DNA of 63,820 nt, filler included. It is 6 parts of 6 records of this genome, joined end to end, with 100 filler letters (N's around TTAATTAATTAA, not from the genome) between each part and the next. Parts side by side here need not be neighbours in the genome. Positions count along the whole stretch, not along the records: positions 16,001 to 24,780 come from SRR31156797_4499; positions 24,881 to 31,061 come from SRR31156797_4502; 4 more parts are not named here. One strand, written 5' to 3'. The notes beneath the pieces are model-generated. The model was given only the letters and a program-made list of their open reading frames with translations, was not told the DNA's origin and ran no database searches. The translations under genes and the position numbers were made by a program. Positions 17,809 through 28,491 of the stretch are shown here, one piece after another (within the stretch, counting starts at the first letter, position 1; each line of letters opens with the position of its first letter).

Positions 17809-19208
17809 TCCGCCATTTTGACGTTATTGTTATCGGTGCCGGACCGGCCGGGCTCAGTGCAGGGGCGAGTCTTGGTGAAATGGGTCTGAATATAATGGTG
17901 CTGGATGAACAGGATCAGCCCGGGGGACAGTTTTTTTGCAATATTGAGGCGGCATCTGACCGGAACAGCTCCCTTTTCGGGGATGATTATAAAACAGGTG
18001 CGGCACTGGTGCGGCGGTTTAAAAAAAGCCGTGCCGGCTATGAAAGCCGTGCCTCAGTATGGCAGGTAAATCCCGATGGAACCCTGTTTTATTCCAGGTC
18101 GGGCAGATCTAGTGAAATACGGGGGCGGTATATTATTATGGCAACCGGTGCCATGGAGCGGCCTGTCCCGTTTCCGGGATGGAATCTTGCCGGTGTCATG
18201 GGGGCAGGGGCTGTGAACCGGCTTGCCAAGCAGTCCTCTCTTCTGCCTTCCGGCAGCATGGTTTTAGCGGGCAGCGGCCCTCTCCTGCTTCTGGAAGCCG
18301 CCCGGTTGGTCCGAAAGGGGATTTCAATCACGGCCATCCTTGATACGGTACCGGCCCTTCCACCCGCTTCCGCCTTCCCCCATATTCCCAATGCACTGCG
18401 CAGGGTGGATTTTCTTTGGAAGGGCATTTCCCTGCTCCGGGAAATCAAATCCGGCCATATTCCCTATTACAGAGGCGTAACAGATATCCGTGCAACCGGA
18501 ATGAACCGGCTTGAGACCGTGGCGGCAAACTCCGGCAGCAAGTCTTTGCATTTAAAGGCAGAAATGCTTTTAATTCATTTCGGGGTGATTCCAAATACCC
18601 ATATATTCAGGCAGGCCGGATGCCGGATGGTCTGGAACAAGGATCAGCGGTATTGGTCGCCTGCCTGTGATGAATGGGGGCGCACCAATTTTGAACAGAT
18701 TTTTGCCGCAGGAGATGGGGCAGGGGTATCAGGGGGGATGGCAGCCCTTTACAAAGGAGAACTCACAGGCCTTGAGGTGGGCCGGTGCCTCGGCATGATT
18801 TGTTGTGATGAACGGGATACACGTGCTGCCCTCCTGAAAAAAAAGATGCGGTCAGATGGATATCCCCGGCCCTTTGTTGACGCGCTCTATGCCCCCAGGT
18901 CATTGGCCTTTGAAAACCAAACCGTACTCTGCCGGTGCGAGAATGTAACTGTGGGCGATGTTCGAAAGGCTGTAAGGGAGGGGGGACGGGACCTGGATGA
19001 GATCAAAATCATGACCCGGGCCGGAATGGGGCCCTGCCAGGGGCGGATGTGCGGCCCTGCACTGGCCGAGGTCCTGGCTGAAGAAATTTCCGTTTCCTGT
19101 GAAAAACTGGGGCAGCTGAATGTAAGGCCCCCCCTTAAACCGGTTCCGCTTCAGGAGATAGCCGAGCTGGAACTCGACAATTTTACGGACAAAGACCTGC
19201 TGCTCTGA
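17805..19208 (+). CDS. FAD/NAD(P) oxidoreductase with BFD-like C-terminus (opine dehydrogenase alpha / HcnB-like)
   Basis: GAGPAG, ATGAMERPVPFPGW, CRCENV, TRAGMGPCQGRMC and RPPLKP. Confidence 0.85.
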   Translation: MIRHFDVIVIGAGPAGLSAGASLGEMGLNIMVLDEQDQPGGQFFCNIEAASDRNSSLFGDDYKTGAALVRRFKKSRAGYESRASVWQVNPDGTLFYSRSGRSSEIRGRYIIMATGAMERPVPFPGWNLAGVMGAGAVNRLAKQSSLLPSGSMVLAGSGPLLLLEAARLVRKGISITAILDTVPALPPASAFPHIPNALRRVDFLWKGISLLREIKSGHIPYYRGVTDIRATGMNRLETVAANSGSKSLHLKAEMLLIHFGVIPNTHIFRQAGCRMVWNKDQRYWSPACDEWGRTNFEQIFAAGDGAGVSGGMAALYKGELTGLEVGRCLGMICCDERDTRAALLKKKMRSDGYPRPFVDALYAPRSLAFENQTVLCRCENVTVGDVRKAVREGGRDLDEIKIMTRAGMGPCQGRMCGPALAEVLAEEISVSCEKLGQLNVRPPLKPVPLQEIAELELDNFTDKDLLL

Positions 19209-19231
19209 TCGCAGCAAAAAAGGAGCCTTAA

Positions 19232-19594
19232 ATGGGTGACATTAAAAGAGTGGAAACAAATGACCGGATGAGCAGGATTGTCATCCATAATCAAACCGTA
19301 TATCTCTGCGGCCAGGTTGCCGAAGATGCAACCAGAGGGATAGCGGCCCAGACGGAATCCATGTTGGGAAAGGTGGACACCCTGCTTGTCCGGGCCGGCT
19401 CCGGCAGGGACCGGATTTTATCTGCCACGATCTATCTTCGGGACATCAAGGATTTTGACCGGATGAACTCGGTATGGGATTCATGGGTTCCAAAGGGGGC
19501 TGCTCCGGCCAGGGCATGTGTTGAAGCCCGTCTTGCAGATGCGGATCTGCTGGTTGAAATTTCTGTTGTTGCGGCAATAGACTTCAATGACTAA
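19232..19594 (+). CDS. Rid family (RidA/YoaB-like) enamine/imine deaminase
   Basis: [16 protein letters not shown]...PARACVEA...LVEI. Confidence 0.9.
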   Translation: MGDIKRVETNDRMSRIVIHNQTVYLCGQVAEDATRGIAAQTESMLGKVDTLLVRAGSGRDRILSATIYLRDIKDFDRMNSVWDSWVPKGAAPARACVEARLADADLLVEISVVAAIDFND

Positions 19595-20390
19595 TTTTGC
19601 CTTACGGGATGACGCCATGGATGATAATCAAACCGCTTTGTCAGTTGAGGATCTGTATAAACAATTTGGTGAAATCCCTGTTTTAAAGGGGATTTCTCTT
19701 ACGGCGCAAAAAGGGGATGTCATTTCGGTTCTGGGCGCCAGCGGCTCAGGCAAAAGCACATTGTTGCGGTGTATTAATTTCCTGGAAATGCCGGACAAGG
19801 GGAAAATTCTTGTTTGCGGAGAAGAGGTGCTGTTTGAAACAGCAGGGCGTGGGAAAAATAAGCCCAAAGATATCCGGCAGGTGGAAAGAATTCGGTCAAA
19901 GCTTGCAATGGTGTTCCAGCAATTTAATCTCTGGAGCCATATGACCATATTGGAGAATGTGATTGAAGCTCCGATTCATGTCCAAAAGGTGCCCAGGGCC
20001 AGGGCCATTGAAAAGGCCGGGTATTACCTTGAAAAGGTGGGCATCAAAGATAAGATAAATGCTTATCCGGCACAGCTTTCCGGCGGTCAGCAGCAGCGGG
20101 CAGCCATTGCAAGGGCACTGGCCATGGAGCCTGAAGTCATGCTTTTTGACGAGCCCACCTCAGCACTGGATCCCGAACTTGTGGGAGAGGTGCTCAATGT
20201 GATTAAAAGTCTTGCCAAAGAGGGGCGGACAATGGTCCTTGTCACCCATGAGATGGGGTTTGCAAGGGATGTTTCCAACCGGGTTATTTTTGTTCACAAC
20301 GGCCGTATCGAAGAAGACGGCCCCCCTGACAAAGTGTTTGAAAAAGCCCAATCCAAACGATTTCAAGAATTTATTGCCGCGGTGGGATAA
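19587..20390 (+). CDS. Polar amino-acid ABC transporter ATPase (HisP/AotP/OccP-like)
   Basis: [17 protein letters not shown] and [11 protein letters not shown]. Confidence 0.9.
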   Translation: MTNFALRDDAMDDNQTALSVEDLYKQFGEIPVLKGISLTAQKGDVISVLGASGSGKSTLLRCINFLEMPDKGKILVCGEEVLFETAGRGKNKPKDIRQVERIRSKLAMVFQQFNLWSHMTILENVIEAPIHVQKVPRARAIEKAGYYLEKVGIKDKINAYPAQLSGGQQQRAAIARALAMEPEVMLFDEPTSALDPELVGEVLNVIKSLAKEGRTMVLVTHEMGFARDVSNRVIFVHNGRIEEDGPPDKVFEKAQSKRFQEFIAAVG

Positions 20391-20431
20391 ATGAAGGAAT
20401 GCTTATAACTTAACTTTTAATAGGAGACCTT

Positions 20432-21211
20432 ATGAAAAAAGTACTATCTGCTGTCATTGTTTTAAGCCTGGTTTTATCTGCGGGCCTTGTTTTTGCCAAG
20501 GACTGGAAAACAGTTCGGGTGGGTGTTGAAGGGGCCTATCCTCCCTTTAGTTTTGTGAAACCTGACGGCGGCCTTGACGGGTTTGACATAGAGATGGCCC
20601 GGGCCATTGTCGACGCAGCCGGTGCCGATATTGTGATGGTCACCCAGGACTGGGACGGTATGATCCCGGCCCTGCTTGCAAAAAAATATGACTGCATTCT
20701 GGCCTCCATGTCCATCACCGAAGAGAGAAAGAAAAAAGTAGCGTTTACCAATAAATACTATCAGGCACCGGCTAAGTTCGTTGCTAAAAAAGGGCGGTTT
20801 ACGGACCTGTCCAAAGAAACCCTCAAGGGGAAAAAAATAGGGGTACAAAGATCTTCTACCCATGATAAATACCTCACGGACAACTATGGCAGTGAGGTGA
20901 CCATAAAACGCTACGGTAGCCAGGATGAGGTCTATCTTGATATGACCGCCGGAAGGATTGATCTCTTTGTTTCAAATGCTGTTGCAACCTCTGAAGGGTT
21001 CTTGAAAAAAACCGAGGGCAAAGACTATGAATTTGTCGGCCCCGATCTGACGGATCCTCGATGGTACGGAGAAGGGGTGGGCATTGCCTGCAGAAAAAAT
21101 GACACAGCCCTTGTTGAGAAACTGAATGCCGCCATCGATAAAATTCGTGAAAACGGGACATACAGGAAAATTCAGGATAAGTATTTTGACTTTAATATTT
21201 ACGGCAACTAA
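20432..21211 (+). CDS. Polar amino-acid ABC transporter substrate-binding protein (HisJ/ArgT/AotJ-like)
   Basis: Signal peptide, EGAYPPF, WDGMIPAL and SMSITEER. Confidence 0.9.
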   Translation: MKKVLSAVIVLSLVLSAGLVFAKDWKTVRVGVEGAYPPFSFVKPDGGLDGFDIEMARAIVDAAGADIVMVTQDWDGMIPALLAKKYDCILASMSITEERKKKVAFTNKYYQAPAKFVAKKGRFTDLSKETLKGKKIGVQRSSTHDKYLTDNYGSEVTIKRYGSQDEVYLDMTAGRIDLFVSNAVATSEGFLKKTEGKDYEFVGPDLTDPRWYGEGVGIACRKNDTALVEKLNAAIDKIRENGTYRKIQDKYFDFNIYGN

Positions 21212-21900
21212 TGTTTAATCTCCAAGGATACGGGCCCAGTATACTCCAGGGAACAATTCTTACCATAGAATTGTCCCTGGTTTCCCTTTTGATTGCCATG
21301 GGGTTGGGCATTTTATGCGCCCTTGCCAAATTGTCGGATAACAGGGGGTTAAAAGCCCTGGCCCAGGTCTATACAACCATTATCAGAGGCGTCCCCGAGC
21401 TGGTTCTTATGCTGCTGATCTATTTTGGCGGACAGGTTTTTATTAACCAGGTCGCCCCGGTTTTCGGGTTTGAAGATTATATTGATATAAATCCCTTTGT
21501 TGCCGGTGTCTCCACCATTGGATTCATCTTTGGGGCCTATCTTGCCGAAACCTTCCGGGGTGCCATCCTGGCTGTTCCTTCAGGTCAGCTTGAGGCCGGG
21601 TATGCATTCGGCATGTCCAGGCTTCAGGTCTTTTTCAGAATCCTGGTTCCCCAGATGGTCCGCCACGCCATTCCCGGGTTCGGCAACAATTGGCTGGTAT
21701 TAATGAAGACCACGGCCCTGGTTTCCATTATCGGTCTTAATGACATGGTACGGACAGCCTCCCTTGCCTCGGGCGCCACCCGCATGCCTTTTACTTTTTA
21801 CGTGGTTATTGCCGTTATTTACCTGATATTAACCTCAGTTTCCATTCTGATTTTAAACTGGCTGGATAAAAGATACAGTGCCGGAATTATAAAGGATTAA
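21211..21900 (+). CDS. Polar amino-acid ABC permease (HisQ-like)
   Basis: RGVPELV, AETFRGA...GQLEA and LMKTTALVS. Confidence 0.9.
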   Translation: MFNLQGYGPSILQGTILTIELSLVSLLIAMGLGILCALAKLSDNRGLKALAQVYTTIIRGVPELVLMLLIYFGGQVFINQVAPVFGFEDYIDINPFVAGVSTIGFIFGAYLAETFRGAILAVPSGQLEAGYAFGMSRLQVFFRILVPQMVRHAIPGFGNNWLVLMKTTALVSIIGLNDMVRTASLASGATRMPFTFYVVIAVIYLILTSVSILILNWLDKRYSAGIIKD

Positions 21901-21902
21901 TC

Positions 21903-22592
21903 ATGGATTTTTCAATTATCGTTGAAAATCTGGATATCTACATCGAAGGGTTTAAAAATACATTTTTCCTGGTATCTATTTCTCTTTTCACAGGGTTGAT
22001 CTGGGCGATTGCTTTGGCCGGTGTATTAAGGACAACAGAAAATCGAATCCTAGTGGGTGTCATAAAGGCATATATCTACGTTTTCAGGGGCACGCCCCTC
22101 CTTGTTCAGATGTTTATCATTTACTACGGCATGGGTCAGTTTGAAGCCGTCAAAACCTCTTTTTTATGGGTGTTTTTCAAAGAGGCATATTTTTGTGCCC
22201 TGTTTGCCTTTACCCTGAATACCTGTGCCTACACCACGGAAATTATACGCGGTGCCATTGAAAACACCCCTAAAGGGGAAATTGAGGCGGCCAAGGCTGC
22301 GGGCATGTCAAGTTTTCTGCGGCTTCGCAGAATCATTTTGCCCAGTGCAATGAGACGGGCGCTTCCCTCTTACGGCAATGAAATTATTTTCATGCTCCAC
22401 AGCAGTTCCCTGGCCAGCGTGATCACCATTGTGGATATCACAGGGGCAGCCCGTATCATTAATTCTCGGTTTTACAGTCCCTATGAAGCATTTTTAACCG
22501 CAGCCGCATTTTATATGGCGATCACCTTTTTGATTGTCTGGCTGTTGAAACGGCTTGAAAAAAAATGGTTCGCCCATCTTCGGCACAATTGA
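21903..22592 (+). CDS. Polar amino-acid ABC permease (HisM-like)
   Basis: FRGTPLLVQ, GEIEAA and YGNEIIFMLH. Confidence 0.9.
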   Translation: MDFSIIVENLDIYIEGFKNTFFLVSISLFTGLIWAIALAGVLRTTENRILVGVIKAYIYVFRGTPLLVQMFIIYYGMGQFEAVKTSFLWVFFKEAYFCALFAFTLNTCAYTTEIIRGAIENTPKGEIEAAKAAGMSSFLRLRRIILPSAMRRALPSYGNEIIFMLHSSSLASVITIVDITGAARIINSRFYSPYEAFLTAAAFYMAITFLIVWLLKRLEKKWFAHLRHN

Positions 22593-22604
22593 TAGATCAG
22601 AGAT

Positions 22605-24503
22605 TTAATCTTTAAGCGGCAGCAGATTATATTTTTTAACTTTCCGGTATAAGGTGGCCCGGGATATTCCCAGTTGTTTTGCGGCGGCAGCCATATTGGC
22701 ACCTGTGTCCTCAAGGGCTGATTCAATCATCTTTCGTTCCATTTTTTGCAGGGAGCCTGACGGCAATGGGATACAGCCATTGTGATTTGCTAATCCCAGG
22801 TGCTTTTGTCTTAGGATTCCCCCGTCGCAGATATGCAATGCTCTCTGGATGGTATTTCCAAGTTCCCTGGCATTTCCCGGCCAGTCATAGGCAATGAGGG
22901 CGTCGGCGGCACCGGCTGTAAACCTTGCCCCCTGGTGGTTTTTACCCAGAAAATACCTGGCCAGCGCAATGATATCCTCTGGTCCTCTGTGCCTCAGGGG
23001 CGGGATGGTAATGGATAGAATATTTAAGCGGTAATAAAGATCCTGGCGAAACTTGTTGAACCGGATGGCCCTTGCCAGATCGACATGGGTGGAGGCTATC
23101 ACCCGGGGGCTCACCGTTATTATTTTTTGGGCACCGATGCGCTGGATCTCTCCGGTCTGCAGTACGCGCAGCAATTTTACCTGCATATCGTGGGGCATAT
23201 CCCCAATTTCATCGAGAAGGATTGTTCCGTTGTTGGCCAGCTCGAACTTGCCGGCCCGGCCCCCCTTCAGGGCACCCGTAAAAGCCCCGTCCACATAACC
23301 GAACAATTCGCTTTCAATGAGTTCTCCGGGAATGGCCCCGCAGTTAATGGGGATAAACGGCTGGTCCTTGCACGTCCCGGCATTGTGAATGGCCTGGGCA
23401 AACAACTCCTTGCCCGTGCCGGTTTCTCCAAGAAGGAGTACGGTGGAGTCGGAAAGGGCCGCCCGTTTTGCAAGGGCCAGGGCATTTAAAAAGACTTTAG
23501 AGTTTCCAATCAGATGATCAAAGGTGAAATATGCCTTTGGCCCCGTGATCTGTTTGGCCATGTTCCAGATATTTTCGATTTCCTCAAATACCAGGACCGC
23601 CCCCAATAATTCGTTTTCATGGGAGATGACAGGCTGGGCTGAAAAGATGATGGAAATACGTTTGCTCCCGTATCGGATATCCGCCTCTTTTCTTTTCCAG
23701 GCCGAGGGGTTCTGCAAAATATCCTCCAGGTCGGGGTTCAGTCCCTTTAATATGGAAACCGGCCTGCCTTCAAGGCTGTCTTCACCTAGGATTTCATTTC
23801 CCTTGCGGTTGGTTTTCCATATGCACATCTGCCTGTCGAGCACGAGCAGACCGGTTTCAGCGGATGCAACCACACTGTCCAGGAATCCTGTATATATAGC
23901 CATCTCTTTATGCTGCTGCATCAAATGCATTTGTTTTTCTATGGACCGTGCAGCAGAGGTGATCATGACAAGGGTATGAAGATGAACCAGGTCACTGCTT
24001 CCGGATACCACAAGCACCCCGTGTAATTTGTCCTCATATCCGAAAATGGGTGCAGCACAGCTTGTAAAGCCATGGGCCAGTTTACAATAGTGGTCTTCAT
24101 CGTTCAATTGAATGGAGACCTGTTTTTTAAGGCTGAGACTTATGGCTGTCGTACCGACTTCCTTTTCGGTCCAGCAGTATCCCGGTGCACAATTCCCCTG
24201 TGCAAATTCGGCCACAAGTTTGTCATTGCCCGCAAAATGAAGAATATATCCGTCCCTGTCCACAAGTGCGATGATAAATTTTTCAGGGGAGAGCAGATCA
24301 TAAAATTCGTCAATGTAATTGACCACAAGATTCAGCAACCCTTTGTTGGCAGACCGCCTTTCCTTTAAGGCGGCGGCAGATAGCTTCTTTTGGTCAGGGC
24401 TTCGTTTTTCCCGGCTGATACCGTACCGGTGAGAGCGTTGGTGGGATGCTTTTATCTCCTCGTTCATCTGCTCTGTTGAGAGTATGCGGCCTTTTTTTAT
24501 CAT
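22605..24503 (-). CDS. sigma54-dependent activator with GAF/PAS, AAA+ and Fis HTH domains (AcoR-like)
   Basis: GETGTGKE, ESELFG...GAFTGA, WPGNAREL and LGISRATLYRK. Confidence 0.9.
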   Translation of the reverse strand: MIKKGRILSTEQMNEEIKASHQRSHRYGISREKRSPDQKKLSAAALKERRSANKGLLNLVVNYIDEFYDLLSPEKFIIALVDRDGYILHFAGNDKLVAEFAQGNCAPGYCWTEKEVGTTAISLSLKKQVSIQLNDEDHYCKLAHGFTSCAAPIFGYEDKLHGVLVVSGSSDLVHLHTLVMITSAARSIEKQMHLMQQHKEMAIYTGFLDSVVASAETGLLVLDRQMCIWKTNRKGNEILGEDSLEGRPVSILKGLNPDLEDILQNPSAWKRKEADIRYGSKRISIIFSAQPVISHENELLGAVLVFEEIENIWNMAKQITGPKAYFTFDHLIGNSKVFLNALALAKRAALSDSTVLLLGETGTGKELFAQAIHNAGTCKDQPFIPINCGAIPGELIESELFGYVDGAFTGALKGGRAGKFELANNGTILLDEIGDMPHDMQVKLLRVLQTGEIQRIGAQKIITVSPRVIASTHVDLARAIRFNKFRQDLYYRLNILSITIPPLRHRGPEDIIALARYFLGKNHQGARFTAGAADALIAYDWPGNARELGNTIQRALHICDGGILRQKHLGLANHNGCIPLPSGSLQKMERKMIESALEDTGANMAAAAKQLGISRATLYRKVKKYNLLPLKD

Positions 24504-24780
24504 TTTTTTTAAGCGAAGCTCTTATCCTGGATCCAAGGGGGGCCATAGGACCAGCCTCCCCAGGTTCATGCCAGGGATTTGCCCTTAAATAGCCTTTGTT
24601 TAAAAATTCACTCGTCCCTGTAAAAAAGCAAAGATGAACCTTTGGGTCAAGCAAAACATTTAACCGGCAGGGGGTGAACGCCTTTGGACGGTGTAAAAAA
24701 AAGATATGTGAAATTCTTGTCAGGCGGCGGGCCTGAATTGATTTTTATGCCAGGGCCGGTTATAACCGTTGGGGTGAATC

Positions 24781-24880
24781 NNNNNNNNNNNNNNNNNNNN
24801 NNNNNNNNNNNNNNNNNNNNNNNNTTAATTAATTAANNNNNNNNNNNNNNNNNNNNNNNNNNNNNNNNNNNNNNNNNNNN
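24781..24880. other. Artificial contig spacer
   Basis: N-run with TTAATTAATTAA. Confidence 0.99.
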
Positions 24881-25081
24881 TGTCACAATGAATACTCTGC
24901 AAAAATGGCACGGGAACATAATGATGCCAATGTACTTTGTCTAGGAGAGAGAGTTAGTGGAGAAGGAATGGTTGAAGCAATTGTGGAAGCCTGGGATTCA
25001 CACTCTTTTGAGGGTGGAAGACATGAAGGCAGAGTTGCAAAAATTGATGCTTTAGCCAAAATGGGAAGCTGTAGAGTTTAA
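24881..25081 (+). CDS. rpiB: Ribose-5-phosphate isomerase B, 3' part (5'-truncated)
   Basis: Manual translation gives AREHNDANVLCLGERV...FEGGRHEGRVAKI. Confidence 0.9.
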   Translation, partial: CHNEYSAKMAREHNDANVLCLGERVSGEGMVEAIVEAWDSHSFEGGRHEGRVAKIDALAKMGSCRV

Positions 25082-25082
25082 A

Positions 25083-25271
25083 ATGGAACGTACTCCTCCA
25101 CCATCAGATTGGATTGTCTATATTGTTGTTATTGGGGTAGTTGCAGCTATGATGGTTGGAAAATACCTTATGTTCTTTGATGATAAAGCACCAAAAGAAT
25201 CTGACGCAGAACAATTTGATGATGAAATAGAAGAGATCATTGAAGAGACATTAGAAGAGAAGCTCAAATGA
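25083..25271 (+). CDS. Small single-TM hypothetical protein
   Basis: Hydrophobic helix plus acidic tail; tightly packed between its neighbours. Confidence 0.6.
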   Translation: MERTPPPSDWIVYIVVIGVVAAMMVGKYLMFFDDKAPKESDAEQFDDEIEEIIEETLEEKLK

Positions 25272-26497
25272 TAAATCCAAAGATCATAGACTATATTTTT
25301 AGCTCTGCTTCGATTCAAAGATGGAATGATTATCCAAGAATGGTTGATCTAGTTGAGCTTGATAAACAAGCACATAAATTTATTATCGCTTATTTCATTG
25401 CAAAACAAGAAAAAGATATCAATTTTACACATCTAATTGAAGCAGGTATTTTTGAGTTTTTACGTCGAGTGGTAGTAACTGATATACGACCTGATGTGTT
25501 TCGAAAAGCCTTACAAAAAAAAGGACCTCAGATCAATAACTGGGTCATAGGGAAACTTACCCCATCCTTAGAGGATATTGATGATGGACTTTTTTTACAA
25601 AAATTCAAAGAGTATCTTGATGATCCTACTATGTATGAAAAAGAGCGGTTTGTTTTAAAAGCTGCTTCTTATCTTGCTACGAAGTGGGAATTTAGTATTG
25701 TATATCAAACTAGTCAATTTTTAAATGATATAGAAGATGTGAAAAAAGAAGTAGAAGCAGAGATCGAAGACTACTATGAACTTATAGGAGTTCGTAAAAT
25801 CGCTTTAAATCAAAAACTAGCAAAGATTATTGATCTAAGCGGTCGTCTTAGATTTCAAAAAAGATGGGCACAAACTCCTAGAATCCCAGAGACTTCAGTC
25901 CTTGGTCATATGTTAATTGTAGCCATGTTTGGATATTTTTATTCACGTAAGATCAATGCATGTGATAAAAGATTACAAAATAACTTTTATGTAGCTCTTT
26001 TTCATGATCTTCCAGAAGCTCTCACTAGAGATATCATCTCCCCTGTTAAATACAGTGTAGATGAGCTAGCTGATATTATTGCTCAGTTTGAAGTAAGTCA
26101 AATCGAAGATAAGATCTTACCTTATGTACCAAATAATATGGTTAAAGAGTTCACCTATATTTTAGGGATGGATGATGATAACTTTAAAGATGAATTTGAG
26201 AATAAAATCAAACTAGATGGGAAAATTCAAATCGTAGAAGATATGAATAAATACAATCTAGAAAAATATGATCCAATTGATGGGAAAGCTTTAAAGCAAT
26301 GTGATAAACTTTCTGCTTTTATAGAAGCTAGTCTTTCTATCTCCCATGGAATCAAATCAAAAGAACTAGTCAATGGGAAAAAACAGATTATGGAATCTTT
26401 ACAAGAGATTCAAGGGATAGACTTTAAAAAGATCGCCAAAAATATCGATGAAGAGTTTTGTACTACTGGAACTACACAAATAAGAATGGAGTTATAA
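25268..26497 (+). CDS. HD-domain hydrolase (tandem YfbR-like domains)
   Basis: IQRWND / FQKRWAQ repeats, SVLGH, ALFHDLPEALTRDI and CDKLSA. Confidence 0.8.
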   Translation: MINPKIIDYIFSSASIQRWNDYPRMVDLVELDKQAHKFIIAYFIAKQEKDINFTHLIEAGIFEFLRRVVVTDIRPDVFRKALQKKGPQINNWVIGKLTPSLEDIDDGLFLQKFKEYLDDPTMYEKERFVLKAASYLATKWEFSIVYQTSQFLNDIEDVKKEVEAEIEDYYELIGVRKIALNQKLAKIIDLSGRLRFQKRWAQTPRIPETSVLGHMLIVAMFGYFYSRKINACDKRLQNNFYVALFHDLPEALTRDIISPVKYSVDELADIIAQFEVSQIEDKILPYVPNNMVKEFTYILGMDDDNFKDEFENKIKLDGKIQIVEDMNKYNLEKYDPIDGKALKQCDKLSAFIEASLSISHGIKSKELVNGKKQIMESLQEIQGIDFKKIAKNIDEEFCTTGTTQIRMEL

Positions 26498-26498
26498 A

Positions 26499-26777
26499 AT
26501 GGAATTTGCCTTTATATTTTTAGCTATTATTGTTATTGGATATTTAGTCCTTAATAAAACCAATACAAAACTACAACAAACTACTAAAAAAAAGCATGAG
26601 ATCATAGAAGAGTATGAAAAAGAGTTACAATCTATTTTAGATAAAGCATCAAGTGTGGAAGAAAAGATTCAGCTAAAAAAACAATTTCTACAAAAATGTA
26701 ATAGTGAACTCTCTCGTAATATATTTTTTACAAAAAGTGAAGCAACAGAAGCTCTTCAAAAACTAGCTTCTCTATGA
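26499..26777 (+). CDS. Hypothetical membrane-anchored protein
   Basis: N-terminal TM helix; operon-like spacing. Confidence 0.65.
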   Translation: MEFAFIFLAIIVIGYLVLNKTNTKLQQTTKKKHEIIEEYEKELQSILDKASSVEEKIQLKKQFLQKCNSELSRNIFFTKSEATEALQKLASL

Positions 26778-27397
26778 AACAAACCTACTTTATAACCGCT
26801 ACAAATACCGATGTGGGCAAATCGCATGCCTGTGAAGTTTTTTTAAAAAAGTTCACATCTAAGGGGAAAAAAGTCGGCTACTATAAACCTATAGAAACTG
26901 GAGTAAAAGAGACTCCAATAGATGGTAATAAACTTTTAAATCTTACTCAAAAACTTAATCCCCAATTTGATTTTAACATTGATGATGTGGTCCCTTATCA
27001 ATTTGCTCTTCCTGCAGCACCATTTGTAGCTAAACAAATACAAAAGCAAATCATAGATATTTCAAAAATCATTAACCATACACAAAAGCTTTTAGAAAAA
27101 TGTGACACCCTTATTATTGAAGGGGCTGGAGGATTAATGGTTCCTATTGAAAAAGAGTATTTCATAATTGATCTGATCAAAGAGTTTCAAGAAAAAGTAG
27201 GAACAAAAGTTATCTTAATAGCCCCAAGTAATCTTGGAAGTATCAATGACACCCTACTTTCACAAAAAGCTTTAGAAGCTTCTAACATAGACTATGATTG
27301 GTATATCAATTTATATAAAGATAAAGAAGGTTTTGAAAAAGTTACTCTCCCTTTTTATCAAGAATATTTTCAAAAAATAAAATTTTTAGAAAAATAA
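26774..27397 (+). CDS. bioD: Dethiobiotin synthase
   Basis: TNTDVGKS, YKPIETG, IEGAGGLMVP and LGSIN. Confidence 0.92.
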   Translation: MKQTYFITATNTDVGKSHACEVFLKKFTSKGKKVGYYKPIETGVKETPIDGNKLLNLTQKLNPQFDFNIDDVVPYQFALPAAPFVAKQIQKQIIDISKIINHTQKLLEKCDTLIIEGAGGLMVPIEKEYFIIDLIKEFQEKVGTKVILIAPSNLGSINDTLLSQKALEASNIDYDWYINLYKDKEGFEKVTLPFYQEYFQKIKFLEK

Positions 27398-27459
27398 GGG
27401 GATTATTTAGAGTATTTAGATAAAATATTTTCCTAATATACAACATAGAAGGATAAAAC

Positions 27460-28491
27460 TTGAAATACCTATTGCTATTTATAGTCTTGATCTCTTCACT
27501 TTTCGGTGAAAAAACACTTTGTTACAAAAACAATCTTGATACCTCAGTACAGCAAAATGCCATCGTTTTAGATGGGGGAAAATGTCAAAGACTTTTTAGC
27601 TCCCAAGAGATGCTAAAAAATGGTTGGGAACTGGAAGATTTTAAAGCGATCCAAACCAATGGAAAATATAATCATATTTTTATTTTTTCAAGAAAAACAG
27701 AACTTGATAAACTTTTTGAACAAGGATACGTTCCTGCTTCAAAAGTTGCAATACAACCTAGAACATTTAATAAAAATGAAACAGTTATTTATGATGTAAC
27801 AGATTCCACTGCAAAAATTAAATTAGGAAATTTACGAATTGGGCAAAGTGGAGCAATCGCTAATGCTATTGAGGGGAATTATACTATTATTACTCAAGCA
27901 ATTGTTACAAAAACCACTCCTGAATATTCTGAATTAGAGTTTGTAAAAGATGAAGTTTTAAAACAAGATGCTCTTCCAAAATTAAAATCAAAACCTCAAA
28001 ATAGTGATCTTTTTATTTTGAATCATCTTTATAAAGCAAGTTTATTGATCGTACCAAATGCAGCAGCAAAAAAAGTGATCTATCAAAACTTTCCAAAACA
28101 AAACTTTATGAGTGAAGACTTTTTTGCTTTTTATTTAAAAGTAAATAATACTCCTGTTCCAAAAAAAGAAGATCTTATTGATTTTTGTAATACCCATCAA
28201 ATAGGAACAATCTTTATTGTAGTAAAAAACAAACTCTATGTGATCGATTCTCTATCATTTAAAACGATTGATGAGATCTATGTGGATATCAATGATCCAT
28301 CAACAGAACTTCCATTTTTAACAAAAATCAACGAAATTGAAAAAGGGTTTTGGGATTTTGGATCAAGTGATATAGGAAGCTACAATGCTTTTTACCTTTC
28401 ATTGATCAAAGATACTGGATATACACCAAATAACGATGACTCAATAGTCAATTCAATTTTCAACAAAATCACGGAGCTTTTACCATGGTAA
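27460..28491 (+). CDS. Exported protein with plasminogen-binding (PgbA N-terminal-like) domain
   Basis: Signal peptide; GQSG...LKQDALP...LLIVPN pattern; position upstream of glcD as in Campylobacterota. Confidence 0.55.
   Translation: MKYLLLFIVLISSLFGEKTLCYKNNLDTSVQQNAIVLDGGKCQRLFSSQEMLKNGWELEDFKAIQTNGKYNHIFIFSRKTELDKLFEQGYVPASKVAIQPRTFNKNETVIYDVTDSTAKIKLGNLRIGQSGAIANAIEGNYTIITQAIVTKTTPEYSELEFVKDEVLKQDALPKLKSKPQNSDLFILNHLYKASLLIVPNAAAKKVIYQNFPKQNFMSEDFFAFYLKVNNTPVPKKEDLIDFCNTHQIGTIFIVVKNKLYVIDSLSFKTIDEIYVDINDPSTELPFLTKINEIEKGFWDFGSSDIGSYNAFYLSLIKDTGYTPNNDDSIVNSIFNKITELLPW

Noticed and set aside
16383-19208. Calling the trio hcnABC (cyanide synthase)
   Set aside because: The order is C-A-B-like and linked to an amino-acid importer and Rid, which fits catabolism better; no gene symbol assigned.
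24504-24780. Short ORF 24394-24654(-) and two GGGGTGAA motifs upstream of the sigma54 activator
   Set aside because: No family recognised and the contig ends here; insufficient evidence.
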